The notes beneath the pieces were generated by a model. That model was not told the origin of the DNA. It saw nothing but the letters and a program-made list of their open reading frames with translations, and searched no databases. 64,000 nucleotides of DNA from positions 45,632,001 to 45,696,000 of the forward strand of contig OX597826.1 of assembly GCA_951406725.2 (NCBI GenBank), in the 5' to 3' direction. This DNA comes from Octopus vulgaris (Eukaryota). Shown piece after piece: positions 13,622-26,840 of this stretch (its first letter is position 1; each line of letters opens with the position of its first letter). Made by a program: the position numbers and the translations under genes.

Positions 13622-14271
13622 TTCGATGAAGTCTACTTTGCACTTCATGCTTTCGGGGTCAGTAAAATAAGTACCAGTTGAACACTGGGATTGATGTAAT
13701 CGACTAACTCACTTCCAAAGAAAGTCTAGTGGCGTTGTGCCAAAATTTGAAGCAATTATTATATTCTTTAGAATGGCAGAATGGTTAGCACGCCGAATAA
13801 AATGTGCAGCGGTATTTCGTCCGCCATTACGTTCTGAGTTCAAATCCCGCCGAGATCTAGTTTGCCTTTCAAACTTTCAGGATCGATAAAATACGTACCA
13901 GTTGAACACTGGGGTCGATGTAATCTACTTAGCCCCCTCCCCCAAAATTGAAGGCTTTGTGCCGAAATCCGAAACCATAATTATACTTTTTTATGACTTT
14001 CTATCATGGACTGCGACCATGATGGGTCTTCAAGGGTCTAGCAGCTCAAATCTACCCCAGTTCATAAAGCTTGGTGCTTATTCTGTCGGATCTCTTTCGT
14101 AGAACCGCTAGGTTACGAGGACGTAAGTAAACCAATACCATATGTCAAACGGCATGGGTACAAATAAAAGCTGGCAAACACATGCATATATACAAACGTG
14201 TGTGTGTGTATGTGTGTGTACATGCACGTATGTAAGTATTTATTTGTGAACGCATGTACGTGTGATTTGAT

Positions 14272-14675
14272 TTCAAATTTTGGCGCAAGACCTACAATTT
14301 CGAGGGAGAGGATAAGTCAATCAAATTGACCCATGTGTTCGTCTATTACCTCGAAAAAATGAAAGGTAAAGTCGGCCTCGGCAGAACTTGAACTCAAAAT
14401 GTGAAGGTAGAAGAAATACATTTTTTTGTCCGGCGTACTAACCATTCTTATTTCTTTATTGCCCAGAAGGAACTAAACATAGAGGGGACAAACAAATACA
14501 GACAAAGGAATTAAGTCGATTAGATCGACCCCAATGCGTAACTGGTACTTAATTTATCGACCCCGAAAGAATGAAAGGCAAAGTCGACCTTGGCGGAATT
14601 TGAACTCAGAATGTAACAGCAGACGAAATACCGCTATTTCGCCCGGCGTACTAACCATTCTGCCAGCTTGCCGTC
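14272..14675 (-). mobile_element. SINE A copy inserted into the head of an older SINE A, with a 19-bp TSD
   Basis: ccggcgtactaaccattct is duplicated at 14430-14448 and 14643-14661. Confidence 0.85.
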
Positions 14676-14747
14676 TTGTATTTATGTACGTTTGTTTTTA
14701 TATTCAGTTATAATAAAAGCCATTCTCGTTATTCTTTTAAAAGAATA

Positions 14748-14812
<65 letters not shown>

Positions 14813-14984
14813 TATACACACACACACACACTCACACACATGTTTTGCAAACAACTTGCGCACTTGCATGTGAAAGTTGTTTGCAAAACATGTGTGTGTA
14901 TAGAAATATATATTTAAATACACACACATTTTACATGTATATATGTGTGTTTTTGTATATATATATATATATATATATAATGCT

Positions 14985-15135
14985 GTGCGTTCACAAGGTC
15001 ATCATCAGGAACATTACTTCTCGTGACTTACCTGATGACTCGGTGAACCAAGGAATGTTCAGGCGAAACTCCAGAGCAACAAGGCCATGCTTCTATGGTA
15101 TTGAGTACTCGTTCTTCCGACATTCAACACTAAAA
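14985..15135 (+). mobile_element. Penelope-like terminal repeat remnant with a degenerate hammerhead motif
   Basis: CTGATGA (15032) ... GAAACTCCAGAGCA (15065). An opposed CTGATGA lies on the minus strand at ~15003-15009. The downstream tggtattgagtactc is shared with 40846-40861. Confidence 0.55.
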
Positions 15136-16155
15136 TGATATACACACGCACACACACAACCACACACACACTCACAATCATACACACACACACATACACA
15201 GACATATTATATGTATGCGTAAACATATGTATCTGTATATATATATATGTTTGCATAAGTTAGTTACGTATTCTTTTCTCTCTCTATTTCTCTCACCCAA
15301 CCCCGAGGTTCCGCTGTTATTCAGACCTGTTACTGTCTGTCTATAAATAACGAATGCTATGGAAGTTATCCATAATATTTATTGGAATTCATTTACAGGT
15401 TTTGATTCTCAACTGGAAATAATAAAAATAATAATAAAATCAAAAATCAAAGATAGAATATAAATAACAATGATCAAATACGAAACACACAAAAATATCC
15501 TCAATATCGTGTTGTTTTGATATCTACGTTACAGATTTATTCGTGTATCCAGTTAGGTATATATGTATATTTAGTTATTGAAACCAATAGTAATACGACA
15601 AAAGAATTTCTAAAGCGTACATATGTGTATCGTATTGTATGATAATGCAGGGTGCAGTGTAGTGTTATGTCAAGTTTGATATAAATGCAATCATGAATAT
15701 TGAGAACTATATACTGCATACATAAATTTATTATACCTTTGCTTCTCATATTCATATGTGTGTGTATTTGTATGTTTGTGCATGTGTATTTAAGTATATA
15801 TATATAATTATATAATGTGTGTATGTATATGTGTGTGTGGGGGGGGGGGGGTGTTTATACGTATACATTTATGTATGAATATGTTTATACATATACATAT
15901 ATATATACACATACAAGTATGTTTATAATATATATAATGTGCGCATATGCTATAGATACATATATGTGTATATATGTGTTTGTATATATATACATATATG
16001 TATATATGTGTATATATTTTATATATACTTATACATATATATGTGTATATATATATTTTTTATATATACATATATATTTATATATGTGTGTATATATATA
16101 TACACACACATACATACGTATGAGTTTAAACATATATGTATATATATATGTATAT

Positions 16156-16216
<61 letters not shown>

Positions 16217-16224
16217 CTTTTATT

Positions 16225-16390
16225 CTTTATTCCTCAGCACCTCCCCTCCCTGTGTATATTTTCCGCTTTCTGTTACCTTTGATGAAGAGTAACGGCCAAA
16301 ACGTTAGGGATTTCTCCTCTCCTTTGAAGCGGTTAACTAAAAACTTTTGTTAAAACTTGTCTTTTTTTGCTCATTGCTTAACTACCTATT
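16225..16390 (+). mobile_element. Penelope-like terminal repeat remnant with a degenerate hammerhead
   Basis: ccttTGATGAagagtaacggccaaaacgttaggg...gaagcggttaactaa resembles the copy at 25485-25550. Confidence 0.45.
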
Positions 16391-16628
16391 ACGCACGCGT
16401 ACACACACATACATACACACACACACACACACATACACACGCACGCACACACTTACACGCACGCACACGTTTATACGTATATGCTGTTGGGGATGTTTTG
16501 CTGTTCTGCATACACCCCGTGTATTATTATGTTTTGCAGACATCATCACGCATCAGTAAATAATTTATCTACTATTTTCTATGAACAAACGACCAGTGCT
16601 CTTGTGGGATTCATCGGTTCAGCGGGAT

Positions 16629-17191
16629 AATTTTGACTGAAGAGACACAAAATGGGGTGGAAATCCTGTGGTGTCTCAAAGTCTTCTTACACCTGTAAAT
16701 AGCTTGCTCTATGAATACACACCGGGCAAAAGGAGGAAGTTGTCTCTGATTATCAAACCCAGTGGCGATCAGATGTTCATATTCATTTGATAACACTGTA
16801 TGAATACGATTTTTGTCCATGCGTAGCAACTGTTATTTTCTATTTGCTTATCCCTAGAAGGTATGAAAATGGCTAATATTTCCTTCAAACCCCAAAGAAT
16901 CCCTCTCAACATGTGGCTATGATGCTCCACACTACCCAAGCACATGATCAGAGATGCGCATATTGTCAGCCACTAAGGGACATGCTCAAGTGGTTATGGT
17001 CAAGCAACTGACAAGCAAATATGAGGTTATCAAGTGAATATGAACATCTGATCGCTACTGGGTTTGATAATCAGAGACAACTTCCTCCTTTTGCACGGTG
17101 TGTATTCACAGAGCAAGCTATTTACCGGTGTAAGAGGACTTTGAGACACCACAGGATTTCCACCCCATTTTGTGTCTCTTCAGTCAAAATT
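16629..17191. repeat. 166-bp inverted repeat (16629-16794 and 17026-17191) around a 231-bp spacer
   Basis: Six mismatches between the arms by my count. Near-identical peptides appear in ORFs 16611-16829(-) and 17021-17230(+). Confidence 0.92.
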
Positions 17192-17466
17192 TGCTATAAC
17201 GATATTTCTGCTTCAGCAACTCAGCACTGAATTTGTCTGAAATGTAATGGAAAACAGGTCAGTTTCAAAACATTAATGCCCAGGTGATAAAGGCAAAGTG
17301 TGGTGAAGGAAGTAGTATTCAGTTCCTTTGATTTTTAGATGGAAGCAAATAGGAAATAACACTTACTAACCAAAGACTAGAAACTTAAAATTTTGTTACT
17401 CAGTGTAATCAGTAAATTTCGAAATTTGTCAGTTAAAGAAAGAAAGAGTTCGGGACAGATATTTAA

Positions 17467-17560
17467 GAATACACGGAATATAGAATGAAATACGTGGAAT
17501 ATAGAATACACGGAATATAGAATGAAATATATGGAATATAGAATACACGGAATATAGAAT
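17467..17560. repeat. 37-bp minisatellite, ~2.5 copies
   Basis: gaatacacggaatatagaatgaaata(c/t)(g/a)tggaatata is repeated. Confidence 0.85.
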
Positions 17561-17620
17561 AGCAGGTGCGGCTGTAGGTGCAGCTGCAGCTGTAGGTGCT
17601 GATGTGGCGGTATGTACAGA

Positions 17621-17797
17621 AGGTGGCGAGCTGGCAGAAACGTTAGCACACTGGGCGAAATGCGTAGCCGTATTTCGTCTGCCGCTACGTTCTGAGTTCA
17701 AATTCCGCCAAGGTCGACTTTGTCTTTCATCCTTTCGGGGTCGATAAATTAAGTACCAGTTACGCACTGGGGTCGATGTAATCGACTTAATCCGTTT
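17621..17797 (+). mobile_element. SINE family A copy
   Basis: Complete head and core, 3'-truncated. Confidence 0.85.
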
Positions 17798-17964
17798 GTA
17801 AAGATATAGGTATGTACAGATGTAACCCTGTGAATGAAAAATTTGTTTCCTAACCGCATGGTCTTGGCTCACTGCTACCAGGGGCAAGTGCTTTTCACGG
17901 TAACGCGAGGCTGTCAAAAGCCTTGTACTAGGTTTGATCAATACGTATCTGGGCTGGTGTTATA

Positions 17965-18995
17965 AAAATTCGAACTGAGAACATAAAGACAGACAAAATA
18001 CCGCAAATATCGGCGTGCTAACGTTTCTTATTTCTTTTATTGCCCACAGGGGGCTGAACATAGACGGAACAAACAAGGACAGACAAACGGATTAAGACGA
18101 TTACATCGACTCCAGTGCGTAACTGGTACTTAATTTATCGACTCCGAAAGGATGAAAGGAAAAGTTGACCCCGGCGGAATTTGAACTCAGAACGTAACGG
18201 CAGACGAAATACCTATTTCTTTAATACCCACAAGGGGCTAAACATAGATGGGACAAACAAGAACAGGCAAAGGGATTAAGTCACTTACACTGATCCCAGT
18301 GCGTAACTGATACTTAATTTATCGACCCCGAAAGGATGAAAGGCAAAGTCGACCTCGGCGGAATTTGAACTCAGAACGTAAAGACAGACGAAATACCTAT
18401 TTCTTTACTACCCACAAGGGGCTAAACATAGACAGGACAAACAAGGACAGACAAACGGATTAAGACGATTACATCGATACCAGTGCGTAACTGATACTTA
18501 ATTTATCGACCCCGAAAGGATGAAAGGCAAAGTTGACCTCAGCGGAATTTGCACTCAGAACGTAACGGCAGACGAAATACCTATTTCTTTATTACCCACA
18601 AGGGGCTAAATACAGAAAGGACAAATAAGGACAGACAAACGGATTAAGTCGATTAGATCGACCCAGTGCGTAACTGGTACTTAATTCATCGACTCCGAAA
18701 GGATGAAAGGCAAAGTCGACCTCGGCGGAATTTGAACTCAGAACGTAAAGACAGACGAAATACCTATTTCTTTACTACCCACAAGGGGCTAAACATAGAT
18801 GGGACAAACAAGAACAGGCAAAAGGATTAAGTCAATTACATTGATCCCAGTGCGTAACTGATGCTTAATTTATCGACCCCGAAAGGATGAAAGGCATAGT
18901 CGACCTCGGCGGAATTTGAACTCAGAACGTAACGGTAGAGGAAATACCGCTAAGCATTTCGCCCGGCGTGCTTACATTTCTGCCAGCTCGCCGTC
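17965..18995 (-). mobile_element. SINE family A: 5-unit array (183-184 bp period) plus a remnant of the host copy
   Basis: gaaatacctatttc junctions at 18206, 18390, 18574 and 18757. Single head at ~18950-18995. Confidence 0.9.
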
Positions 18996-19377
18996 TTCGT
19001 TGCACACTGTATTCTCAAGAATTACGTTTATATTTCATTGCAGCTTAGTTGTAAAGGAACTTGGATTTGAACTGTAAATATATTTCTTGGCACTTAATTT
19101 TTCACTATATTTCAGATGTTTTTGTTGTTCTCTTTTTTTATGCAAATATACAACGCCAAGGTAAGAGACAATAAAATGCGTAAGCGTAATAAAATAAAAC
19201 TCAAACCCACACCTCGGTGTAATTAGGTATAACACCATTTAACTGATAAACATTGCTAGTCGGGGTAACACTTCTGTAGTATTTAATAGATTCGAAATAA
19301 AATTGGACGTCAACAATGAAGGTGTCAAAAGTTGAACTACACACAAACACACGAGCGCAAACATGTCTTACTTATAA

Positions 19378-19417
<40 letters not shown>

Positions 19418-19717
19418 CTATATATATATACGTATATATATGTATATATATATACATACATACATATATACATATATACATAAATACATATATATATACA
19501 TATATATATATATACATATATACATGTATATACAGATGTATAGATATGGACATATACATACATACATACATACATATATATATATGTGTGTGTGTATGTA
19601 TGTATGTTTGTACGTGGGAATTTTGACATACCTGTATGTCTTTGTTGTTTCTGAGCATGTGTATGCCCGCGCACGTTTGTGTATGTGTGTGTGTCTGTGC
19701 GTGCATGCGTGTGTGTC

Positions 19718-19763
<46 letters not shown>

Positions 19764-20359
19764 TGTGAGTGTGCGCGCGTGTGTATGCGTACGCGGGTTT
19801 CAGAAACATTTCTTTCTCGACAAGAAATAACCATTTTGACATATATTTTCTAAGGTGTGAAATATTTTTCTGTGTTTTGAAATTTGTCTTTTTATACTTC
19901 CCAAATAAGCAAATTTCGATACTCTAAGCCACATTTTATGTCTTATGGTCTCCTGTCGTGTGAAGCACAGCTCATAGAATTAAACCCGAACCCGTGGGGA
20001 TTCAAACTGTCCCACTAACAAGGTTGACAAAACAGAATTTATAGACGTAGTAATTCTGTCAAACTCTAGTTTATATCTTGAATCAAATATTTTACAGTTT
20101 CTCTTTTATCTTTTACTTATTTCGTTTATGAGACTATGGCTACACTGGGGCACCACCTTGAAGGATTTTATTTGAACTAATCGACCACAGTACTTATTCT
20201 TGTAAGCCTATTAATTTTTGTATCATTTTGCTATTCTGAACCGCTAAGTTGCCGAAAGGTAAACTAGTTGTCAAGCAGTGTGTGTCAAGCAGGGTGTGTC
20301 AAGCAGTGGTGAGGGACTAACACTAGCACAAACACAGAAACAAATATATACAGACACAG

Positions 20360-20430
<71 letters not shown>

Positions 20431-20887
20431 CACACACACACACATACACACACACATATATATATATATATAACGCAACAAGGAACAAGTGAAAAATTCA
20501 CACACAAGATGAGAACTTGCTACTTCCTCGTCAGTCATCGTCCTAAAGGTATTTACAATTTTACGCCTTTAACGATAATATTGTTCACTTTTGGTGGCGT
20601 CAGTATGTATATGTACGTGTGAATTTTGACATACCTGTATGTCTGTGTTGCGTTTGTAGGCATGTGTATGCCCGCGCACGTTTCTGTGTGTGTGCCTGTG
20701 CGTGCCTCTGTGTGTGTGTGTGCAAATAGCAAACGAACGTTGGGGACAGGTGACGTAAATAAATGCGACAAACCGTGAATATACAAACGAAATAAAATAA
20801 AATTAAATAAGACGAGACAAATGTATTGATAACGCAAAAGAAATGTTTTATAAGACTAGACACGAAAAGAAAAAAAGGTAAAACGAA

Positions 20888-21042
20888 GGCGCATGAGTGG
20901 CTGTGTGGTAAGTAGCTTGCTAACCAACCACATGGTCCCGGGTTCAGTCCCACTGCGTGGCATCTTGGACAAGTGTCTTCTGCTATAGCCCAATGCCTTG
21001 TGAGTGGATTTGGTAGACGGAAACTGAAAGAAGCCTGTCGTA

Positions 21043-21101
<59 letters not shown>

Positions 21102-21313
21102 GTGTCTGTGTTTGTCCCCCTAGCATTGCTTGACAACCGATGCTGGTGTGTTTATGTCCCCGTCACTTAGCGGTTCGGCAAAAGAGACCGATAGAATAAG
21201 TACTGGGCTTATAAAAAGAATAAGTCCCGGGGTCGAGTTGCTCGATTAAAGGCGGTGCTCCAGCATGGCCGCAGTCAAATGACTGAAGCAAGTAAAAGAG
21301 TAAAGAGTAAAGA
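20888..21313 (+). mobile_element. SINE family B (tRNA head GGCGCAGGAGTGGCTGTGTGG, internal TA/TG microsatellite, (TAAAGAG)n tail)
   Basis: A- and B-box-like head and partial CORE-like CTTGGRCAAGTGTCTT. More than 10 homologous copies or fragments occur in the window. Confidence 0.85.
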
Positions 21314-21767
21314 GGGGTGAAAATAATAAACTGCGTTCAAACGTAGAGACGAAAGAAACGCTTCTCATCGACTCAACGTTCAGCCGAAAAGAGGAACATC
21401 TACCAAATCCACTTATATTAGAAGATACTTGCCCAAGGTGCCACATAGTGGGACCGAACCTAGAACCCTATGGTTCTTACCACACAACCACATCCGGACC
21501 TTTATTTAAAAATATTAGCTTGCCGCGTTTTTCTCAGCATATATGATATGTTAATACGATATATGTATGGCTGAGTGGTTAAGATGTTCGCTTCGAAGTT
21601 TTGAGATTTTGCGTTCGATCCCTTTGCGTAACATCTTAATAAAATATCTTTAACCTAAGTCGCGGATAGATCTAAGTCTTGTGAGAGTATTTAGATATAC
21701 GGAAACTGCATAGAAGCCCAGTTGGTGGACTCTATTGTACCTTCATAATGATAATAATAATAATAAT

Positions 21768-21960
21768 CCTTTCAAATTGAAGCTCAAAACCTCAAATTTC
21801 GGGGAAGGGATTGAGTCGATTACATTTCTGGTACTTTCGACCCCGAAAGGATGAAAGGTAAAGTCGACCTCGGTGGAATTTGAACTCAGAACGTCCTGAT
21901 GGGCGAAATGCCGCTAAACATTTCGTCCAACGTGCTGACGATTCTGCCAGTTCGCCGCCT
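21768..21960 (-). mobile_element. SINE family A copy (alpha tail)
   Basis: Core and head are recognisable. Confidence 0.8.
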
Positions 21961-21961
21961 A

Positions 21962-22094
<133 letters not shown>

Positions 22095-22651
22095 GAGTGA
22101 GCGAGCAGAGCATGCCATCAAAGTGACACTCGGGTAAAATATACGAAGCCCAGTATACCCATCATGACTACCCGTCCGATAAGGGCACACCAGGCACATG
22201 CATCACAACCATATGTGCACGACATGGTGATCTCATATCAAGATAAACAGCACATGACCTTGCAGGTGGAGCCCAGTTAGAATTTTCTTCAGATCGAGTA
22301 ACCCATCCCGCTCAAAAGGTCCCTGAATAAGGGCTGTCCAAGGACGTTGAACGAAACACCCATGTTTCCAGAGGTGAATTATTCAAACCCCAAAGAATCC
22401 CTCTCAACACATGGCTATGATGCTCCCCCACTACTTCTGCTCGTGATCAGAGATGCACATATCGTCAGCCACTCAGGGACATGCTCAACTGGTTAAGGTC
22501 AAACAACTGACAAGCAAATCTGTGGTATTGAGCAGAATATTTGCTGTAGCCCATATTTTATACCAAGACAAAACAATGTACATGATAACACTTCCAATCA
22601 GTTAAGATCAGAAGCCATGAGAGCCACTGCCTGGTACTGCATCAGGGCATT
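22095..22651 (-). mobile_element. Element E: ~557-bp non-coding interspersed repeat embedded in (TAA)n
   Basis: Colinear, end-to-end homologue at 44326-44882 in the opposite orientation, with partial copies at 16884-17025 and 45610-45995. The strand is assigned by inference from the (AAT)n tail. Confidence 0.85.
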
Positions 22652-22656
22652 TATTA

Positions 22657-22709
<53 letters not shown>

Positions 22710-22941
22710 ATTATTATTATTATTAATGATAATAATTACTAGCAGCTGGTGGGGGAAGCGTTAGCACGCTTGAGAAATGTTTAGCGGCATTTCATTTGTC
22801 TTTAGGTTCGGAGTTCAAATTCCGCTGAAGTTGACTTTGCCTTTCATCCTTTTTAGGATCGATGAAATAAGTACCAGATTTTCACACTCCTGAAAATTGC
22901 AGGCATTTTGCCACTGTAAGAAAGGATTGTTGTCGTTGTTG

Positions 22942-22973
<32 letters not shown>

Positions 22974-23154
22974 GGTTTTATGTCTTCGAGTGAATTTATG
23001 GGGAGGTAAATCAAAGGTGCCACAATCGCAGGAGTGAATGGAACAATTGCAAGTAGACGTCTGCAAGTCGTAGAATTGTAGTTAGAAAGAGAGAAAGAGA
23101 ACGACAGAGAGAGAGAGAGAGAGAGAGAGTACTTATCCTAGGTGTATAAGATTT

Positions 23155-23391
23155 ACACGTTTCAGTCATCTGACTGCAGCCATGCTGGAGCACCGCCTTA
23201 AAATGTTTTAGTTGAAGATATCGAGCCTATGACTTATCCTTTGTAAGTCTACTACTTATCCCCTCGGTCACTTTTGCCGAACCAGTATGTTACAGGGACG
23301 TAAACACACCAACACCGGCTGTCAAGCGATGGTGGGGACAAACACAGACAGATACACATGCAAAAATAAATATATGCATATATATATATAT

Positions 23392-23477
<86 letters not shown>

Positions 23478-23640
23478 GATCGGCTTCTTTCAGTTTCCGT
23501 CTACGAAATCTTCTCACGAGGCTTTGGTCGGCCCGAGGCTATGGTAGAAGACACTTACCCTAGGTGCCAAGCAGTGGAACTGAACCCGGAACCGTGTTGC
23601 TTAGAAGCAAGCTTTTTACCACACAGCCATGCCCGCGCCT
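23155..23640 (-). mobile_element. SINE family B copy (internal GATA microsatellite)
   Basis: Reverse-complement homologue of 20888-21313. Confidence 0.8.
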
Positions 23641-23850
23641 ATGGCTCTGTTAGGTTCCTCCAATGGTTGTCCTTATATAAACGTCTTCCTCTTTGGATAG
23701 GACTGCTTCCTCATTAATCTTTATTTGCATAGTATTTCGTATTTTACCTTTCGTTTTCTATTTTCTATGTAAGCACCTCTACTTCATTCCCTTGCTGCCC
23801 TCGTCACCACCATCCATCCATGTTCCTGATGGCAATTAAAATCAAATCAC

Positions 23851-23905
<55 letters not shown>

Positions 23906-25079
23906 GTTATCTTCATCATCACCACCACCATCATGCTGACTTGTTAAGGAGCGTAACACATGCTGTGTTCCACGAAATTTCTCACACACACACGCACTCG
24001 AGCGCGCGCATGCTGTGTGTGCGGGTGCGTGTGTGAGTACGTGTGCGTATGTGTACATACATATATATATATGTTAGCATAGATATATATGTATATAGAT
24101 TCATTTAGATGTATACAATTACATAAATACATATGTATATATATATACACATACATACTCATACATACACACTATCGCACATGTACGCACACATACCTCC
24201 AACACACACACAACACAGACATGGGCATAAACACACACGCACATACACGCACACACGCACGTAAGCACACGCACATGCACACACACACACACGCACGGGC
24301 ACATGCGCACACGATTGCACACATACCTAACATTCACAATCCCACGCATGCACGTATACACATCCGCATACACACACACGCCCACATATACACACGCACA
24401 CACAACTACACGTACATACACACGCACATACATACATACACGCACATGTACACACGCACATACACTCACACGCACAGACATATATACACAAGCACACACA
24501 TACACACACGCAAATGGACTCACACATACTTTCCATACACACACAACACACACTCATGCATACATGGACACACACACGCACACACAGAGTAACGTACATT
24601 TACTCCACTGACAACCGATGCTGGTGTGTTTACGTCCCCGTCACTTAGCGGTTCGGCAAAAAGAGACCGATAGAATAAGTACTGGGCTTATAAAAAGAAT
24701 AAGTCCCGGGGTCGAGTTGCTCGACTAAAGGCGGTGCTCCAGCATGGCCGCAGTCAAAGGACTGAAACAAGTAAAAAAGAAAAAAAAAAAAAGTAAACAC
24801 ACATACACACTGCAAACAAAACACATACTTCAAACTACTAGTTAAACACCTCTCTACTGACCATTCTCCTACATACATGTATAGGGAGACACACAACAGA
24901 CAGAAACTCCTACCAAAATTCTTACTAAAACTTCTTCCTATGACCTTAAGCGACACTAAATCCAACCACACGCATACATAAACAGCCACAACCACGCACA
25001 CACACACACACACACACACATACATACGCACAGACATACTCACACATACACACTCATACCTCCTTCTCTTGCACTCTCC

Positions 25080-25712
<633 letters not shown>

Positions 25713-25783
25713 ATATATACATATACACACATACTTATATCTACATATACTAGTATATATATCTACATATACATGTGTATACA

Positions 25784-25840
<57 letters not shown>

Positions 25841-25849
<9 letters not shown>

Positions 25850-26580
25850 GAATGTGCGATCTTTATTCATTGTTGTACCCATATCCTAAATTTAGTTCTT
25901 TCACAATCCTGCTCTGCTATGAAAGAATGCAAGATATTTTTTTGTACAATAAACGGACTGAGTACATTTTTTACGAAATCACCGAAAAGGGCTAATGCAT
26001 TAGATAACATTGTTAAAAAAAATATTTCCGAAGGCAACAGCAATGGAATTACTCTTCACGGCTTATTATTACCACAAAGGAAAATTATAATTTCATAATC
26101 AGCCTTTTTGAGCACATCATTGAAAATCCTGAAGCATTGGATGATACCACCATAAATTCAGCAATTGGATTCTTACACACTTTAAAAGCTCCTGATTTCT
26201 TATTTTTGTTAGAAGTATTCAGTGAGATCTTTTCTTTTACTGACGTCTTATTTAACATCCTCCAGAGTAAAAGTCATGATATAGTGTATTGTAAAGAGCA
26301 GATAGATAAAACTAGAACTGTACTCGAAAACAAACTTGATAATTTTTCAATCTTTTATATGTTAGGGGGAAAATATGGAGTCGATGCAGGAATCAGAATT
26401 CAGAGATCCAAGAATATATCTATTGAGCCCCAACGACATTATAAAATGCTTTATAACAAAATTATCAGTACAATAGTTGCCCAAATAAAAGCACGGTATT
26501 CATCCTTAGAAGAGTTTAAATTCATGGAACTTTCGAATTTCAACAAATTTGATGAGTATTGCAAACAATTTAAAAATCAT
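25841..26580 (+). pseudogene. hAT transposase remnant (Tip100/ZMYM1-like)
   Basis: [25 protein letters not shown] (CxxH motif), then after a frameshift FLFLLEVFSEIFSFTDVLFNILQSKS..Y..II..I..QI..RYS. Truncated by a MITE. A hAT-like terminus gcacaccacttg lies at ~27008-27019. Confidence 0.8.
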
Positions 26581-26582
26581 GG

Positions 26583-26840
26583 GTACTATTTAAGAAGAGT
26601 GGTCCCGGTGCACGCACCCGAGCATCCACGCCAGCTAGTCGTGACTAGTCGGTCCTTACTTTGTGTTTTTGTGTTTTATTTACTTTGTTTAAAACATTAT
26701 TTACTTTGTGTTTTTGTGTTTTATATATTTTGTTTAAAAAATTTATTTACTTTGTTAGATAGCCGTAGGATCGACTAGTCACGACTAGCCAGCGCGGATG
26801 CGCGAGCGAGCGCAACGGGATCACTCTTCTTAAATAGTAC
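26583..26840. mobile_element. MITE with ~75-bp imperfect TIRs
   Basis: gtactatttaagaagagtg...ctagtcgtgactagtcggtcc pairs with ggatcgactagtcacgactag...cactcttcttaaatagtac. The T-rich interior is tandemly repeated. Confidence 0.8.

Noticed and set aside
16611-16829. Duplicated small protein gene (EHLIATGFDNQRQLPPFARC)
   Set aside because: The similarity is explained by the DNA inversion; no recognisable domain and the ends differ.
17965-18995. CRISPR-like regular array
   Set aside because: The units are ~184-bp homologous SINE bodies with no unique spacers, there are no cas genes, and the context is eukaryotic.
26579-26778. C-terminal third of the 213-aa ORF as real protein
   Set aside because: Read-through from the hAT remnant into the MITE.
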